Shown one piece after another: positions 53,246 to 61,870 of a stretch of 64,000 nt of DNA. The stretch is from positions 357 through 64,356 of the forward strand of contig DASYXS010000020.1 in assembly GCA_035934535.1 (NCBI GenBank). Direction: 5' to 3'. The number at the start of each line of letters is the position of its first letter. The first letter of the stretch is position 1. The notes below the pieces were generated by a model. It searched no databases and was not told where the DNA came from. It was given only the letters and a program-made list of their open reading frames with translations. This DNA is from a bacterium. GTDB lineage: Bacteria; Sysuimicrobiota; Sysuimicrobiia; Sysuimicrobiales; Segetimicrobiaceae. The position numbers and the translations under genes were made by a program.

Positions 53246-55561
53246 TCAGACGCCGTGCCGGTGTTCCATCGCCGGCGGGTCGAGCACCGTAACCGGCGGG
53301 AGCGCGCCGTCCCACCGCTCGATCTCAACCAGACACTGCTGGCCGCTGCACCCTTGGGCGAGGCGTGACGTGCCCTTATCGAACGTCAGGACATTCGGGT
53401 TCCCATGCACGCACATCGGCGTCGGGTCCCGGGGGTCGAGCGGATCGTACCACGCGCCCGTGGAGAGCTGCGCCACGCCCTTGCGAATCTCGCGGCTCAC
53501 GACGGCGCCCGCCAGGCAGCTTCCACGGTCGTTGTGCACGCGCACGACGTCCCCGTCCGCAATGCCGCGGGCCGCGGCGTCGTCGGGATGCAGACGAACC
53601 GGTTCCCGCCCTTTGACCTTCGCCGCCTGGCTGAACTCCCCGATATCCAGTTGGCTGTGCAGCCGGGTTCTCGGGTTGTTGGCGATCAGGACGAGCGGGA
53701 ACCGGCGGGCGAGCGGAGAGCCCAGCCACTCCGCGGGCTCGAGCCACGCCGGATGACCGGGGCAGTCCGGATAGTCGAACCCATGGATCCGGGATGAAAA
53801 GATCTCGATGCGGCCGCTCGGGGTCGCGAGCGGCGCGCGTACGGGATTCTCCCGGAACGCCGAAAAGAGCACCGCGTCGTCTGGGCTGACGGGCAGTTCG
53901 ACGCTGCCGGCGTGCCAAAACTCGTCGAACGGCGGCGCCTGGGCCGCGACGCCTGCCGCGGACTCCCGCCACTCCTCGTAGAGATGTCTGATCCACTCCG
54001 CGCCGGTGCGGCCCTCGGTGAACCGCTCGCCGGCCCCAAGCCTCGACGAGAGCTCGGCGAAAATCTCATAGTCGTTTCGCGACGCCGCGTACGGCGGGAC
54101 CGCCTGATGCATCGCGATCAAGTAGCCGTCGTTGGGCGAGGCCGCGATGTCATCCCGCTCGAGCGTGATGGTGGACGGGAGCACGATATCGGCATGGCGC
54201 GCCGTGGCCGTCCAAAACGCCTCGTGCACCACGACCGTGTCCGGACGCTGAAACGCCCGGCGCAGCCGTCCGAGATCCTGATGATGGTGAAATGGGTTGC
54301 CCCCGCACCAGTAGACGAGATGGATCCGGGGATACCGCAGGCGCCGGCCGTCGTAATCGTACTCCTGGCCCGGGTGCAGCAGCATATCCGAAATCCGCGC
54401 CACGGGGATGAACGTCTCGACGGGGTTCGTGCCCTGCGGCAGCGTCGGCACCGGTATCGACCGCGGCGCGCCCACGGCCTGCACCGAGCCGTACCCGAAT
54501 CCGAACCCGCCTCCCGGCAGTCCGATCTGTCCGAGCATGGCCGCCAGCACGAGGCCCATCCAGGGCACCTGCTCGCCGTGATCGGCCCGCTGGAGCGACC
54601 AGCTCACCGTCACCAACGTCCGGCACGCCGCCATCCGGCGAGCCAGCGCGCGCAGCGCGTCCGCGGGCACGCGCGCCAGCGACGCCGCCCATTCGGGGCT
54701 CTTCGGCCGGCCGTCGTCGAGACCGAGGACGTACCGTTCGAATCGCTCGAACCCGACGCAGTAGCGTGCCAGAAAGTCCCGGTCGTGCAGGCCCTCCGTG
54801 ATGAGCGTGTGCGCGAGCGCCAGCATGACCGCCACGTCGGTGCCGGGCACCAGCGGGTGCCATTCGGCCTCGAGAAACTCCGGCAGGTCGTCCTTCAAGG
54901 GGCTGAACTGCACGAACCGCACCTGCCGGCGGGCGGCCTCCCTGAGATGGCCGCGCACCGTGTGCCGGGTCACCCCGCCGGCGCTGACCGCCGCGTTTTT
55001 GAGGGGAATCCCGCCGAAACAGACGACCAGTTGCGAGTTGGCGGCAATGACCGGCCACGCCGTCGCGGAGTAGAGCAATTCGTCGTGCGTGCCAATAACA
55101 TACGGCAGGATGACGCGCGAGGCGCCGAGGCTGTACGTTTGAACCGACCGGGTGTAGCCGCCGAGACAGTTGAGAAACCGATGGACCTGGCTTTGGGCAT
55201 GGTGGAATCGCCCGGCGCTGCCCCAGCCGTAGGAGCCTCCGTACATCGCCTCGGGACCGTGCCGACCGATCACGCGCTGGAGCTCGTCCCCGAGCAGCCG
55301 GATCGCCGTCGGCCAGCCGACCGGGACGAACGGTTCCGCGCCGCGGCCCTCCGCCGGCCCGGGACCGCGGTCCAGCCACCCCGCCCGGATCATCGGCTGC
55401 GACACGCGCGTCCGGTGCCGCACGCCGCCGGAGATATTTCCGAGCAGCGGCGACGGATCGGGGTCCAGCGGATGCGGATGGACCGTCACGCGATCGCCGT
55501 CGCGGACGTCCACGGTGTACGCGCCCCAATGGGAACTATGCGGACGCAATGCAGATGTCAC
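53246..55561 (-). CDS. Molybdopterin oxidoreductase, DMSO-reductase family (BisC/TorZ-like, cytoplasmic)
   Basis: 771 aa, GTG start after GGAGGGG. No signal peptide and no N-terminal Cys cluster. HWGAYTVDV start, and the RIHLVYWCGGNPFHHHQD and CVHGNPNVLT blocks resemble biotin/methionine-sulfoxide reductases. Confidence 0.85.
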   Translation of the reverse strand: MTSALRPHSSHWGAYTVDVRDGDRVTVHPHPLDPDPSPLLGNISGGVRHRTRVSQPMIRAGWLDRGPGPAEGRGAEPFVPVGWPTAIRLLGDELQRVIGRHGPEAMYGGSYGWGSAGRFHHAQSQVHRFLNCLGGYTRSVQTYSLGASRVILPYVIGTHDELLYSATAWPVIAANSQLVVCFGGIPLKNAAVSAGGVTRHTVRGHLREAARRQVRFVQFSPLKDDLPEFLEAEWHPLVPGTDVAVMLALAHTLITEGLHDRDFLARYCVGFERFERYVLGLDDGRPKSPEWAASLARVPADALRALARRMAACRTLVTVSWSLQRADHGEQVPWMGLVLAAMLGQIGLPGGGFGFGYGSVQAVGAPRSIPVPTLPQGTNPVETFIPVARISDMLLHPGQEYDYDGRRLRYPRIHLVYWCGGNPFHHHQDLGRLRRAFQRPDTVVVHEAFWTATARHADIVLPSTITLERDDIAASPNDGYLIAMHQAVPPYAASRNDYEIFAELSSRLGAGERFTEGRTGAEWIRHLYEEWRESAAGVAAQAPPFDEFWHAGSVELPVSPDDAVLFSAFRENPVRAPLATPSGRIEIFSSRIHGFDYPDCPGHPAWLEPAEWLGSPLARRFPLVLIANNPRTRLHSQLDIGEFSQAAKVKGREPVRLHPDDAAARGIADGDVVRVHNDRGSCLAGAVVSREIRKGVAQLSTGAWYDPLDPRDPTPMCVHGNPNVLTFDKGTSRLAQGCSGQQCLVEIERWDGALPPVTVLDPPAMEHRHGV

Positions 55562-55666
55562 GAAATCCCCTCCACGCCAAAACTCGGACGAGATCGCGCC
55601 GGGTAACGGCGCTGCTAGCGCGATGGTGGCACCGATGAGGGCGCGGGCATTTCATCTAACCAGGGA

Positions 55667-55693
55667 AATGCCGCGTGGTTCCTCGGGTTCCCT
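55667..55693. repeat. 27-nt element, copy 2 of 2 (partner at 49281-49307)
   Basis: AATGCCGCGTGGTTCCTCGGGTTCCCT. Located 106-132 nt upstream of the minus-strand molybdoenzyme start and overlapping the hairpin GGCATTTC-N11-GAAATGCC (55646-55672). Confidence 0.7.
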
Positions 55694-55768
55694 CCCCGCC
55701 GAGGATTCGAGGTTTGGCAGACGACTCATCCGGCTCGCTGGAAATGGAGGAGAACGTGTTTGATAGAA

Positions 55769-55813
55769 CTGGTGCCGGGCGGGGGATTTTGCGATTATCC
55801 CCACGGCCGCGAG
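55769..55813 (+). repeat. Intergenic ~45-nt element family, copy A
   Basis: CTGGTGCCGGGCGGGGGATTTTGCGATTATCCCCACGGCCGCGAG. 39 of 45 identical to copy B and 34 of 45 to copy C by hand alignment. Internal stem GGGGAT/ATCCCC. Confidence 0.7.
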
Positions 55814-55926
55814 CCCGCGCTGCGGCATCTCGACGCTGGCAGCCGTGGCCCGCGGATGCGATGAGACCGAGGCCCCGTCCGGGCCGACGACCTCGGGAGA
55901 GAACGGAGCAGACGGCGGACACACGC

Positions 55927-56598
55927 TCAGCGGGCGCGTGTCGAGGCCGCCTCCTGCGCCGCGTAGACCGAAATGGGCAAGGGGTCAAGGACCGGAATCC
56001 CGATCTGCGTCCGAAGGTCTTGGGCGATACCAAGCGTGCCCTGTGTCATCGAACCGAGGTAGATTCCGTCCGCGCGATGCTCCCGCACGGCCGCGGCCGC
56101 TTCCTCGCGCATGAACCGGCGTCCCGCTTCGAGATCGGCCAAGATCTTGCGCACCGTCGTCTTCATCATGTGGACGACGACGGTGTCCGGCCGCGCCGGC
56201 ACGTTCTTGATCATCGCCTGAGCCGCGGGCACGGCGGGCTCCACGGTGAGGATCACGAGACGCGATGCCACGAGGCGGGCGACGAACAACGAGGCTTCCC
56301 CGGGGCCGATCACGGGGACCTTGGCGGCGGCGCGCAGGTCGGCGAGCGCCGGGTCCACGGCGCCCGCGGCGATGATCGCCGCGCAGCGGTCCGGCCCGAT
56401 CTCGGCGACCGCCGCGAGGGCGGCCCGGCCGGCCTGCTCAAAGTCCTCTCGCCCCTCGAGGATCTTGGGGCCGTCGGGCGGGTTCAGGAGCTCGATCGTG
56501 AACCCGGGGCGCAGGTACCCGCGCAGGATCTCGAGCCGGCGGTTGTTCTCGGCGCTGCCGTATCCGGTCACGGACTCGAGGTACACGATGTGCGGCAT
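55927..56598 (-). CDS. Asp/Glu/hydantoin racemase-family paralogue lacking both catalytic cysteines
   Basis: Track ORF trimmed to ATG 56598, preceded by GGAGGGG. Same fold pattern as the gene at 1660-2364, but the Cys blocks read IIAAGAVDPA and IYLGSMTQG. Confidence 0.75.
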   Translation of the reverse strand: MPHIVYLESVTGYGSAENNRRLEILRGYLRPGFTIELLNPPDGPKILEGREDFEQAGRAALAAVAEIGPDRCAAIIAAGAVDPALADLRAAAKVPVIGPGEASLFVARLVASRLVILTVEPAVPAAQAMIKNVPARPDTVVVHMMKTTVRKILADLEAGRRFMREEAAAAVREHRADGIYLGSMTQGTLGIAQDLRTQIGIPVLDPLPISVYAAQEAASTRAR

Positions 56599-56713
56599 CG
56601 GGCATCCCCTCCACACGTGTACTTCTGGCGGAGCGGAGCGCCTCCTTGCCGAATATCTCGCAGGCCTGCCGCACGCTCGCGTCCTTGACGCCGCAGCACG
56701 AGGTGACACGCCG

Positions 56714-58390
56714 ATGGCCGGTCCCGTGCGCACGACACCCGCCGTAGCCGGCATCGCCGCACGACGCCGCACCCTGACGCGGCGCGGGCTGCTTACCGGC
56801 GCCGCGGGCCTCGGGCTCGCGGCCGCCGGACCACCGGCGCCGTGGACCCAGATCGGACGCGCATCGGCCGCGCCCACCCCTCGACGCGGCGGCACGTTCC
56901 GCGTCCCCGTCAACGCCAACATCACGCCGTGGCCGCCCATCGGGTTGATCCAGAACCTGATGGTGAACAACGCCATGTTCAATAAGTTGGTGCGCCTCCG
57001 GCCGGCGGACTGGGCGCCGGAGGCCGATCTCGCCGAGCGCTGGGAGGTGTCCAAAGACGGATTGACGTGGACGTTCCACCTCAAGAGCGGCGTCAGGTGG
57101 CACGACGGCCGTCCGTTCACCGCGGACGACGTCAAGTACACGATCGACGCGTACGCCGATCCCAAGATCAACAGCCAGTTGCGCGGAAATTTCGAACCCG
57201 TCGCCGGCGTCGAGGTCGTGGACCCGATGACGGTCCGGGTCGCCACCAAGACGCCGTACTCATCGTTCCTGGAGCTCCTATGCTACATCGCGTTCATCAT
57301 GCCCAAGCACCTGCTCGAAGGGCAGGAGTTCAACGCCACCAAGTTCCCGCAGGCGTTCCTCCAGCATCCGGTCGGCACCGGACCGTTCAAGTTCGGCGAG
57401 CACATCACGGGCGATCACTTCACGGTGACCGCGTACGACAACTATCACGAGGGACGGCCGTACCTCGACGCGATCATCTACAAGGTCGTGCGGGATCTGA
57501 ATTCCACGGTGCTGCAGGTCAAGACCGGTGAGCTCGACATCGCGTTCCCTACGGTCGCGCAGATTCCCGCGCTCGCGGGCACTCCGACCATCGCGATCAC
57601 CGAGCAGCCGGTGATGGACTTCCGGTATTTCGGCGCCAACTACCGGACGGACAAGAGCCCGACGCTGGGGAAGTGGTGGGGCGCACGGGCGGTCCGGCAG
57701 GCGTTCGCGCACGCGATCAACACGAAGGGAATCATTCAGCAGGTCGCCCGGGGACGCGCGGAACTGGCCAACGGTCCGATCCCCAGCGCGCTCAAGAACT
57801 GGTACGTGAAGGACGCGCCGACTTTCGACTACGATCCGGAGCGGGCCAAGAAGATGCTCTACGAGGCCGGCTTCCGGGCAGGCGGGGACGGCATCCTGGC
57901 CAAGGACGGCCGGAAATTCGCGTTCACCTTCAACACCGATCAGGGGCAGCCCGAGCGGATCGACGCCTCGCTGATCGTGCAGCAGAACCTCCGGGACATC
58001 GGGATCGACGTCCGGTTCCAGCCGCTCGAGTTCACCGAGTTCGTGCGCCGCGAGCACGTCACCGAAGAGTACGAGGCGTTCTGCTTCTACTACATCGTGC
58101 CGCAGACCCCGGACCTGCACTCATACTTCCAGACGAACGGCTCGCTCAACATCTGGGGTTACTCCAACGCGGAGATCGACCGGCTGTTCCTGCAGGGACT
58201 CGCCACGTTCGACGCCGCGAAGCGTCGCGAGATCTACACGCGCCTATACCGGCGGCTCGCGGAGGAACAGGCCGCCAACTTCCTCTACCACCCGCACGAG
58301 ATTCAGGCGATCAACAAGCGAGTGCTGGGATGGCCGGCGACCGACTACCGGACGGCGCTGGCGTTCCTCAATCGGGTGTGGCTCGCGTGA
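56714..58390 (+). CDS. ABC transporter substrate-binding protein, family 5, Tat-like signal; no cognate permease nearby
   Basis: Trimmed to ATG 56714. RRRTLTRRGLLTGAAGLGLAAA signal and family-5 blocks (GTGPFKFGEHITGDH, AFAHAINTKGI). Confidence 0.9.
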   Translation: MAGPVRTTPAVAGIAARRRTLTRRGLLTGAAGLGLAAAGPPAPWTQIGRASAAPTPRRGGTFRVPVNANITPWPPIGLIQNLMVNNAMFNKLVRLRPADWAPEADLAERWEVSKDGLTWTFHLKSGVRWHDGRPFTADDVKYTIDAYADPKINSQLRGNFEPVAGVEVVDPMTVRVATKTPYSSFLELLCYIAFIMPKHLLEGQEFNATKFPQAFLQHPVGTGPFKFGEHITGDHFTVTAYDNYHEGRPYLDAIIYKVVRDLNSTVLQVKTGELDIAFPTVAQIPALAGTPTIAITEQPVMDFRYFGANYRTDKSPTLGKWWGARAVRQAFAHAINTKGIIQQVARGRAELANGPIPSALKNWYVKDAPTFDYDPERAKKMLYEAGFRAGGDGILAKDGRKFAFTFNTDQGQPERIDASLIVQQNLRDIGIDVRFQPLEFTEFVRREHVTEEYEAFCFYYIVPQTPDLHSYFQTNGSLNIWGYSNAEIDRLFLQGLATFDAAKRREIYTRLYRRLAEEQAANFLYHPHEIQAINKRVLGWPATDYRTALAFLNRVWLA

Positions 58391-58436
58391 TAATTGCGAC
58401 CGCCCAATTCAATACTGGAGGCTATGCTGCCTTAAG

Positions 58437-58481
58437 CTGGTGCCGGGAGGGGGATTTTGCGATTGCCCCCATGTCCGCGGG
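58437..58481 (+). repeat. Intergenic ~45-nt element family, copy B
   Basis: CTGGTGCCGGGAGGGGGATTTTGCGATTGCCCCCATGTCCGCGGG, between convergent stops at 58390 (+) and 58523 (-). Internal stem GGGGG/CCCCC. Confidence 0.7.
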
Positions 58482-58522
58482 CCGTCCGGATCGTCACGTA
58501 GCGGGCGCATTCCCGGGCGCAC

Positions 58523-59701
58523 CTATAGCACCTTCCTGAACGCCTCCAACCTCGGCATCAGGTCCCTCAGTAGTATGCCGCTCCTAAACGGTAAGACCTC
58601 ACCGGGCAGAGGGCCGACCTTGAGCGCCATCGACTTCCTGACCGCCACGATAATACCGGCCTCGCGCACCCGCCGCAGCTTCTGAAACTTGGCCGCGAGA
58701 TATTCGGGAGTCCAGTACCCCACGATCTCGAGGGCCACCTCCGTGCCGTCCTCGTGGATGAACGCGAAATCCGGGACTACGAGATGCTCTCCGGCTTCCA
58801 GGAGGATCGCCTCCCGACGAAGCCGCCACCCGTCGCGCCGCTCGCCAAACTTGGCCGCAAACCGCACCTCCAGTCCGGAGTCGAACAGCGCCGGGGGAGG
58901 CACGCTGGAACGGAGCCCGGCGGCCGACGAAAGGGAGAACGACGCGCGACGCCAGCCCTTGCGCACCATGATCTCCGCATCGAGGTGCCAGTCTCGCGCC
59001 TGGACGAGTGCCGCGAGAAACTTCGCGAAGTCGGCTCCGTACGCGTGAGTCTTCCGGAGGATCGAGACCGGCCCGTCCAGGGTGATCCGGTACGGCCCGC
59101 CGCCTTCGCGTGCGATGCGATGCATCAAGCGCGAGAGACGCACGTATCGCACAATATGTCCCAGATCGGACTGGGCCGTCACCTCGACCCGCGCCGCGTC
59201 GTACAGTAGGGCCTGGGCTTGCGCCAAGTCGTAGTCGGCTCTCAGGTCCCCGGCGGTGTAGGTGTCGGGAAACGCGGTCAACCGGTGGAACTCTGGATAG
59301 TCTGGATACAGGAACGCCACGAGCTCGTCGTCCCGTTCAGGGGTGGAATCGAGTGCCGCGGTCAGGATCCGCCGGCCGGTCTCCCGGTCAAGCACCGGAT
59401 GCTGACCGGCGGCGGCCTGGAACGCGCGGAGACGACGCTCGGCTCCGCTCCCCCTTCGCGGCCAATCGTACGTGGCCGCCTCGTCGAGGAGTTTGATCAC
59501 CGCCTCCACGCGGTCCGGTCTGAGACCGCGGAGGGCCGCGCGGGCGGCATTGCGTACAATCCCCAGTCGGTCCCCGATGTGAGCGCCGTAGACGGCAATA
59601 CCCCGCGCCAGATGGGGCACGCACTCGTCCTCCAGGCGATCAGAGGAGATCGAGTTGGTGCGCCTGTCCCAGTGATAGACGCGCTGCGCCTTTGTAAGCA
59701 T
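58523..59701 (-). CDS. DUF790 family protein (Bax1-like PD-(D/E)xK nuclease)
   Basis: Track ORF 58523..59875 trimmed to ATG 59701 (MLTKAQRVYHWD). The C-terminal VVPDFAFIHEDGTEVALEIVGYWTPEYLAAKFQKL matches the DUF790/Bax1 nuclease core as I recall it. The start lies 62 nt inside the helicase 3' end. Confidence 0.8.
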   Translation of the reverse strand: MLTKAQRVYHWDRRTNSISSDRLEDECVPHLARGIAVYGAHIGDRLGIVRNAARAALRGLRPDRVEAVIKLLDEAATYDWPRRGSGAERRLRAFQAAAGQHPVLDRETGRRILTAALDSTPERDDELVAFLYPDYPEFHRLTAFPDTYTAGDLRADYDLAQAQALLYDAARVEVTAQSDLGHIVRYVRLSRLMHRIAREGGGPYRITLDGPVSILRKTHAYGADFAKFLAALVQARDWHLDAEIMVRKGWRRASFSLSSAAGLRSSVPPPALFDSGLEVRFAAKFGERRDGWRLRREAILLEAGEHLVVPDFAFIHEDGTEVALEIVGYWTPEYLAAKFQKLRRVREAGIIVAVRKSMALKVGPLPGEVLPFRSGILLRDLMPRLEAFRKVL

Positions 59702-61127
59702 CCGTCCGGGCGCGCCCCCGCGCCCGCCGCACGTCTGGCGTTTCCTCGACAACGACCTCGTAGAGACGGGCCGGGTGGTCTCCCCACCGGCGCAGGAGCC
59801 GCCCCAGCCGTTGGACGGCCTCCCGGGCCCCGCGCTCCCCGCCGAGGACAATGCCGACCTTGACGGCCGGCGCATCCCAGCCTTCGTTGAGCACCTCGCA
59901 CGCGGCCAGTGCGCGGAGGCGGCCCTGCGCGAACTGGTCCAGCACGGCGTTCCGCTCCTTCTTGTCGGAGTGCGACGTCAGCGCCGGGATGAGGAACCGG
60001 GCCGACACGTCGAGGGCCATCCGGTTGGAGGCGGTGAAGATGACGCATTGGTCGGACGAGTGCAGGCGCAGGATATCTTCGACCACCCGGAGCTTCTCCG
60101 CCGACCGATGTAGGAGGGCAAGCCGCCGGTGGTAGCTCAGAAGAATTTCTTTGGCCTCGGGATCGGTGCGGGACAGTTTGACGAGATCCTCGCGCCAGTC
60201 GAACCGGGCGTCCTCCCGCCGGCGTTTCGCGACGTACGCGCGAATTTGCCGAGAGCGCCGGTCGAATTCCGCCTGTTCATCCTCCGCCAGATAGACGGGC
60301 ACTCGGATGATGGAGTAATGCGCGAGCGTCCGTCCCCGGGCTTCCGGTACCTTTTCCTCAAACGCCGTCGGGCCGATGAGCTCGCCGAGCATCCGGTCTC
60401 GCCCGTCCGCGCGCTCCGGGGTCGCGGTCAGACCGAGACGCATCGGGGCCAGAGAATCGAGCGCGCTCTCATGCAGCGACAGACCCGGGAGGTGGTGAGC
60501 TTCGTCGTAGACGATCAGACGATAGCGATTGCCGATCTCTTTCATGTGGATCCATGCGCTGTCGTACGTCGTCACCGTGATCGGCCAAACTTCCCGCCGC
60601 CCGTCTCCCAGCACCCCGGCGTCCACGCCGAGGCCCTGCCGGATCCGCCGCTGCCACTGGTACATGAGGTCCCGCAGCGGGGCGACGATCAGCGCCGATG
60701 CGCGGTGGCGCGCGATGATCGTGAGGGCGATCTCGGTCTTGCCGGTTCCCGTCGGCTTGACGACGACACCACGGCATCCCGCACGTTCCCAAGCCGCCAC
60801 CGCCGCCTCCTGGTCCGGTCTCAGGGACGGCAGGTTGGGCCGAAGGGTCGGGCAGTCGAAGAAGCGCTCCGCCTCGTCGCTGAGGTGGAGGTGATACGCG
60901 ACCGCGTCCTCTCGGAAACGCAGATGGTTGATCGCTTCCGTGCGCCAAGCCTGTACTCGCGAATCCCAGCGGAGATAGGCCGGCACCTCTAACGTCTGCG
61001 GCGCATCGAGTCGCAGCGAACCGCGATCGAACCGCAGTGAAAGAAGCCGGTTCGGTAGACCGGGCAAGTCCGGAGAATCTCCGGCGCCGCCCCCCCGAGC
61101 GCGGCTTCGCCGCCTCAGGTGCGCCAT
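59640..61127 (-). CDS. XPB/ERCC3-like superfamily 2 DNA helicase
   Basis: 495 aa. N-terminal LSLRFDRGSLRLDAP (XPB damage-recognition-domain-like), motif I VVKPTGTGKT, motif II LIVYDEAHH, motif III LGLTATPERADG, motif VI-like QRLGRLLR. Confidence 0.85.
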   Translation of the reverse strand: MAHLRRRSRARGGGAGDSPDLPGLPNRLLSLRFDRGSLRLDAPQTLEVPAYLRWDSRVQAWRTEAINHLRFREDAVAYHLHLSDEAERFFDCPTLRPNLPSLRPDQEAAVAAWERAGCRGVVVKPTGTGKTEIALTIIARHRASALIVAPLRDLMYQWQRRIRQGLGVDAGVLGDGRREVWPITVTTYDSAWIHMKEIGNRYRLIVYDEAHHLPGLSLHESALDSLAPMRLGLTATPERADGRDRMLGELIGPTAFEEKVPEARGRTLAHYSIIRVPVYLAEDEQAEFDRRSRQIRAYVAKRRREDARFDWREDLVKLSRTDPEAKEILLSYHRRLALLHRSAEKLRVVEDILRLHSSDQCVIFTASNRMALDVSARFLIPALTSHSDKKERNAVLDQFAQGRLRALAACEVLNEGWDAPAVKVGIVLGGERGAREAVQRLGRLLRRWGDHPARLYEVVVEETPDVRRARGRARTDAYKGAARLSLGQAHQLDLL

Positions 61128-61549
61128 CGGGCCAGCCCTTCGCCTTTCGCCGCAGCCGCCAGCCGCGCATCAAAGGACAGGATCGTCAGCTCCGGTACCT
61201 CGTTCTGAAGGCTCTTGGCCACGGCCAGGTGCCAAAGATCCGCGCCCCGCAGTGGCCACTTGGACGATAGGTCCCGCACGACCTTCCAGTCAGGCACCGC
61301 GTTCAGACGACGCCAGGGGCCACCTTCAAGGGCCTCGCGTGCCGCTGCAACGAGGACTTTGGCCAGGGCGCGCTCACGTTCTATTCGCGCAATCACGGCA
61401 TGTACCTCAGCCCATGCCAATGTGGATAGAAAATGCACCGCTGAGCGGCGCGCGCTCCGGCTGGCCTCCTCACTGTGCCCATCGTGAAAAAGGGCGGAAA
61501 GGATTGCCGAACTGTCCCAATAAACCGCACTCGTAACCTCCGTGCTCAC
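61115..61549 (-). CDS. vapC: PIN-domain toxin (VapC type)
   Basis: GTG 61549 shares GTGA with the antitoxin stop. 144 aa with PIN acidic residues in AVYWDSSAILSAL, STLAWAEV and ILSFDARLAAAA. Confidence 0.8.
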   Translation of the reverse strand: MSTEVTSAVYWDSSAILSALFHDGHSEEASRSARRSAVHFLSTLAWAEVHAVIARIERERALAKVLVAAAREALEGGPWRRLNAVPDWKVVRDLSSKWPLRGADLWHLAVAKSLQNEVPELTILSFDARLAAAAKGEGLARWRT

Positions 61550-61830
61550 GAGCCACGGTCCTCCTGCAACCATTTCTGCGCCAGACCTTCCTTGAGCGGG
61601 AGAGGCGGGGGAAGATTCCGCACCACATGACGCAAAGGTTCCACCAGCCCGGAGTCCTCCAGCCGGCGGACGCGCTCCGCTAATGGCAGAAGACGCCCGG
61701 AAATCGGCGAGAGTCTCGCAACAGGGCTGCCCCGCTCCGTGATGACCCACTCCTGACCGCGTTGCACATCGCGAAGCAATTTGCTCAGTCGCGCTTTGGC
61801 CTCGCGCACCCCAGTTCTTCTCGCCTTCAC
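61546..61830 (-). CDS. Phd/YefM-family antitoxin
   Basis: 94 aa, GTG start. VREAKARLSKLLRDVQRGQEWVITERGSPVARL is the typical Phd/YefM N-terminal fold. Confidence 0.8.
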   Translation of the reverse strand: MKARRTGVREAKARLSKLLRDVQRGQEWVITERGSPVARLSPISGRLLPLAERVRRLEDSGLVEPLRHVVRNLPPPLPLKEGLAQKWLQEDRGS

Positions 61831-61870
61831 GACAGCACCTTCAATATGTAGACTCTAAGACTACATAGAT

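Noticed and set aside
53246-55561. Possible selenocysteine (in-frame TGA) or twin-arginine export in the molybdopterin oxidoreductase.
   Set aside because: The ORF is uninterrupted from GTG to stop. The N-terminus (MTSALRPHSSHWGAY) has no RR signal and no FeS cysteine cluster, so a cytoplasmic BisC/TorZ-like enzyme is the simpler reading.
92-55606. Many long ORFs in the track lie antisense to, or out of frame with, the genes called above. Examples: 92..1531 +, 276..1640 -, 8582..10057 +, 10716..11912 -, 14459..16096 +, 20647..21915 -, 23857..25944 +, 36174..37826 +, 45139..46698 -, 46455..48608 -, 53912..55606 +.
   Set aside because: Their translations are Arg/Pro/Gly/Ala-rich, low-complexity strings with no recognisable motifs. 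This is the usual artefact of stop-codon-poor alternative frames in GC-rich DNA. In each case the overlapping frame carries clear family motifs.
55769-55813. tRNA-like reading of the 45-nt element. On the minus strand each clear copy is a hairpin followed by (G/T)CCCGGC-A-CCA, like a T-arm plus acceptor 3' strand, discriminator and CCA. This would suggest tRNA-derived att sites.
   Set aside because: The loops are 9-16 nt rather than a 7-nt TTCGAAT-type T-loop. I found no complementary 5' acceptor strand within ~80 nt. The copies are diverged rather than exact att duplications, and no integrase gene is present.
77-58390. N-terminal extensions of track ORFs: 77..1762, 8585..10369, 14564..16105, 32768..34351, 34633..36216, 37753..39429, 42373..44439, 48307..49740, 56246..58390, 58523..59875.
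   Set aside because: The extensions are compositionally non-coding or run through the upstream gene. Internal starts preceded by GGAGG-like sites and followed by signal peptides or conserved N-termini fit better, so I trimmed the coordinates.
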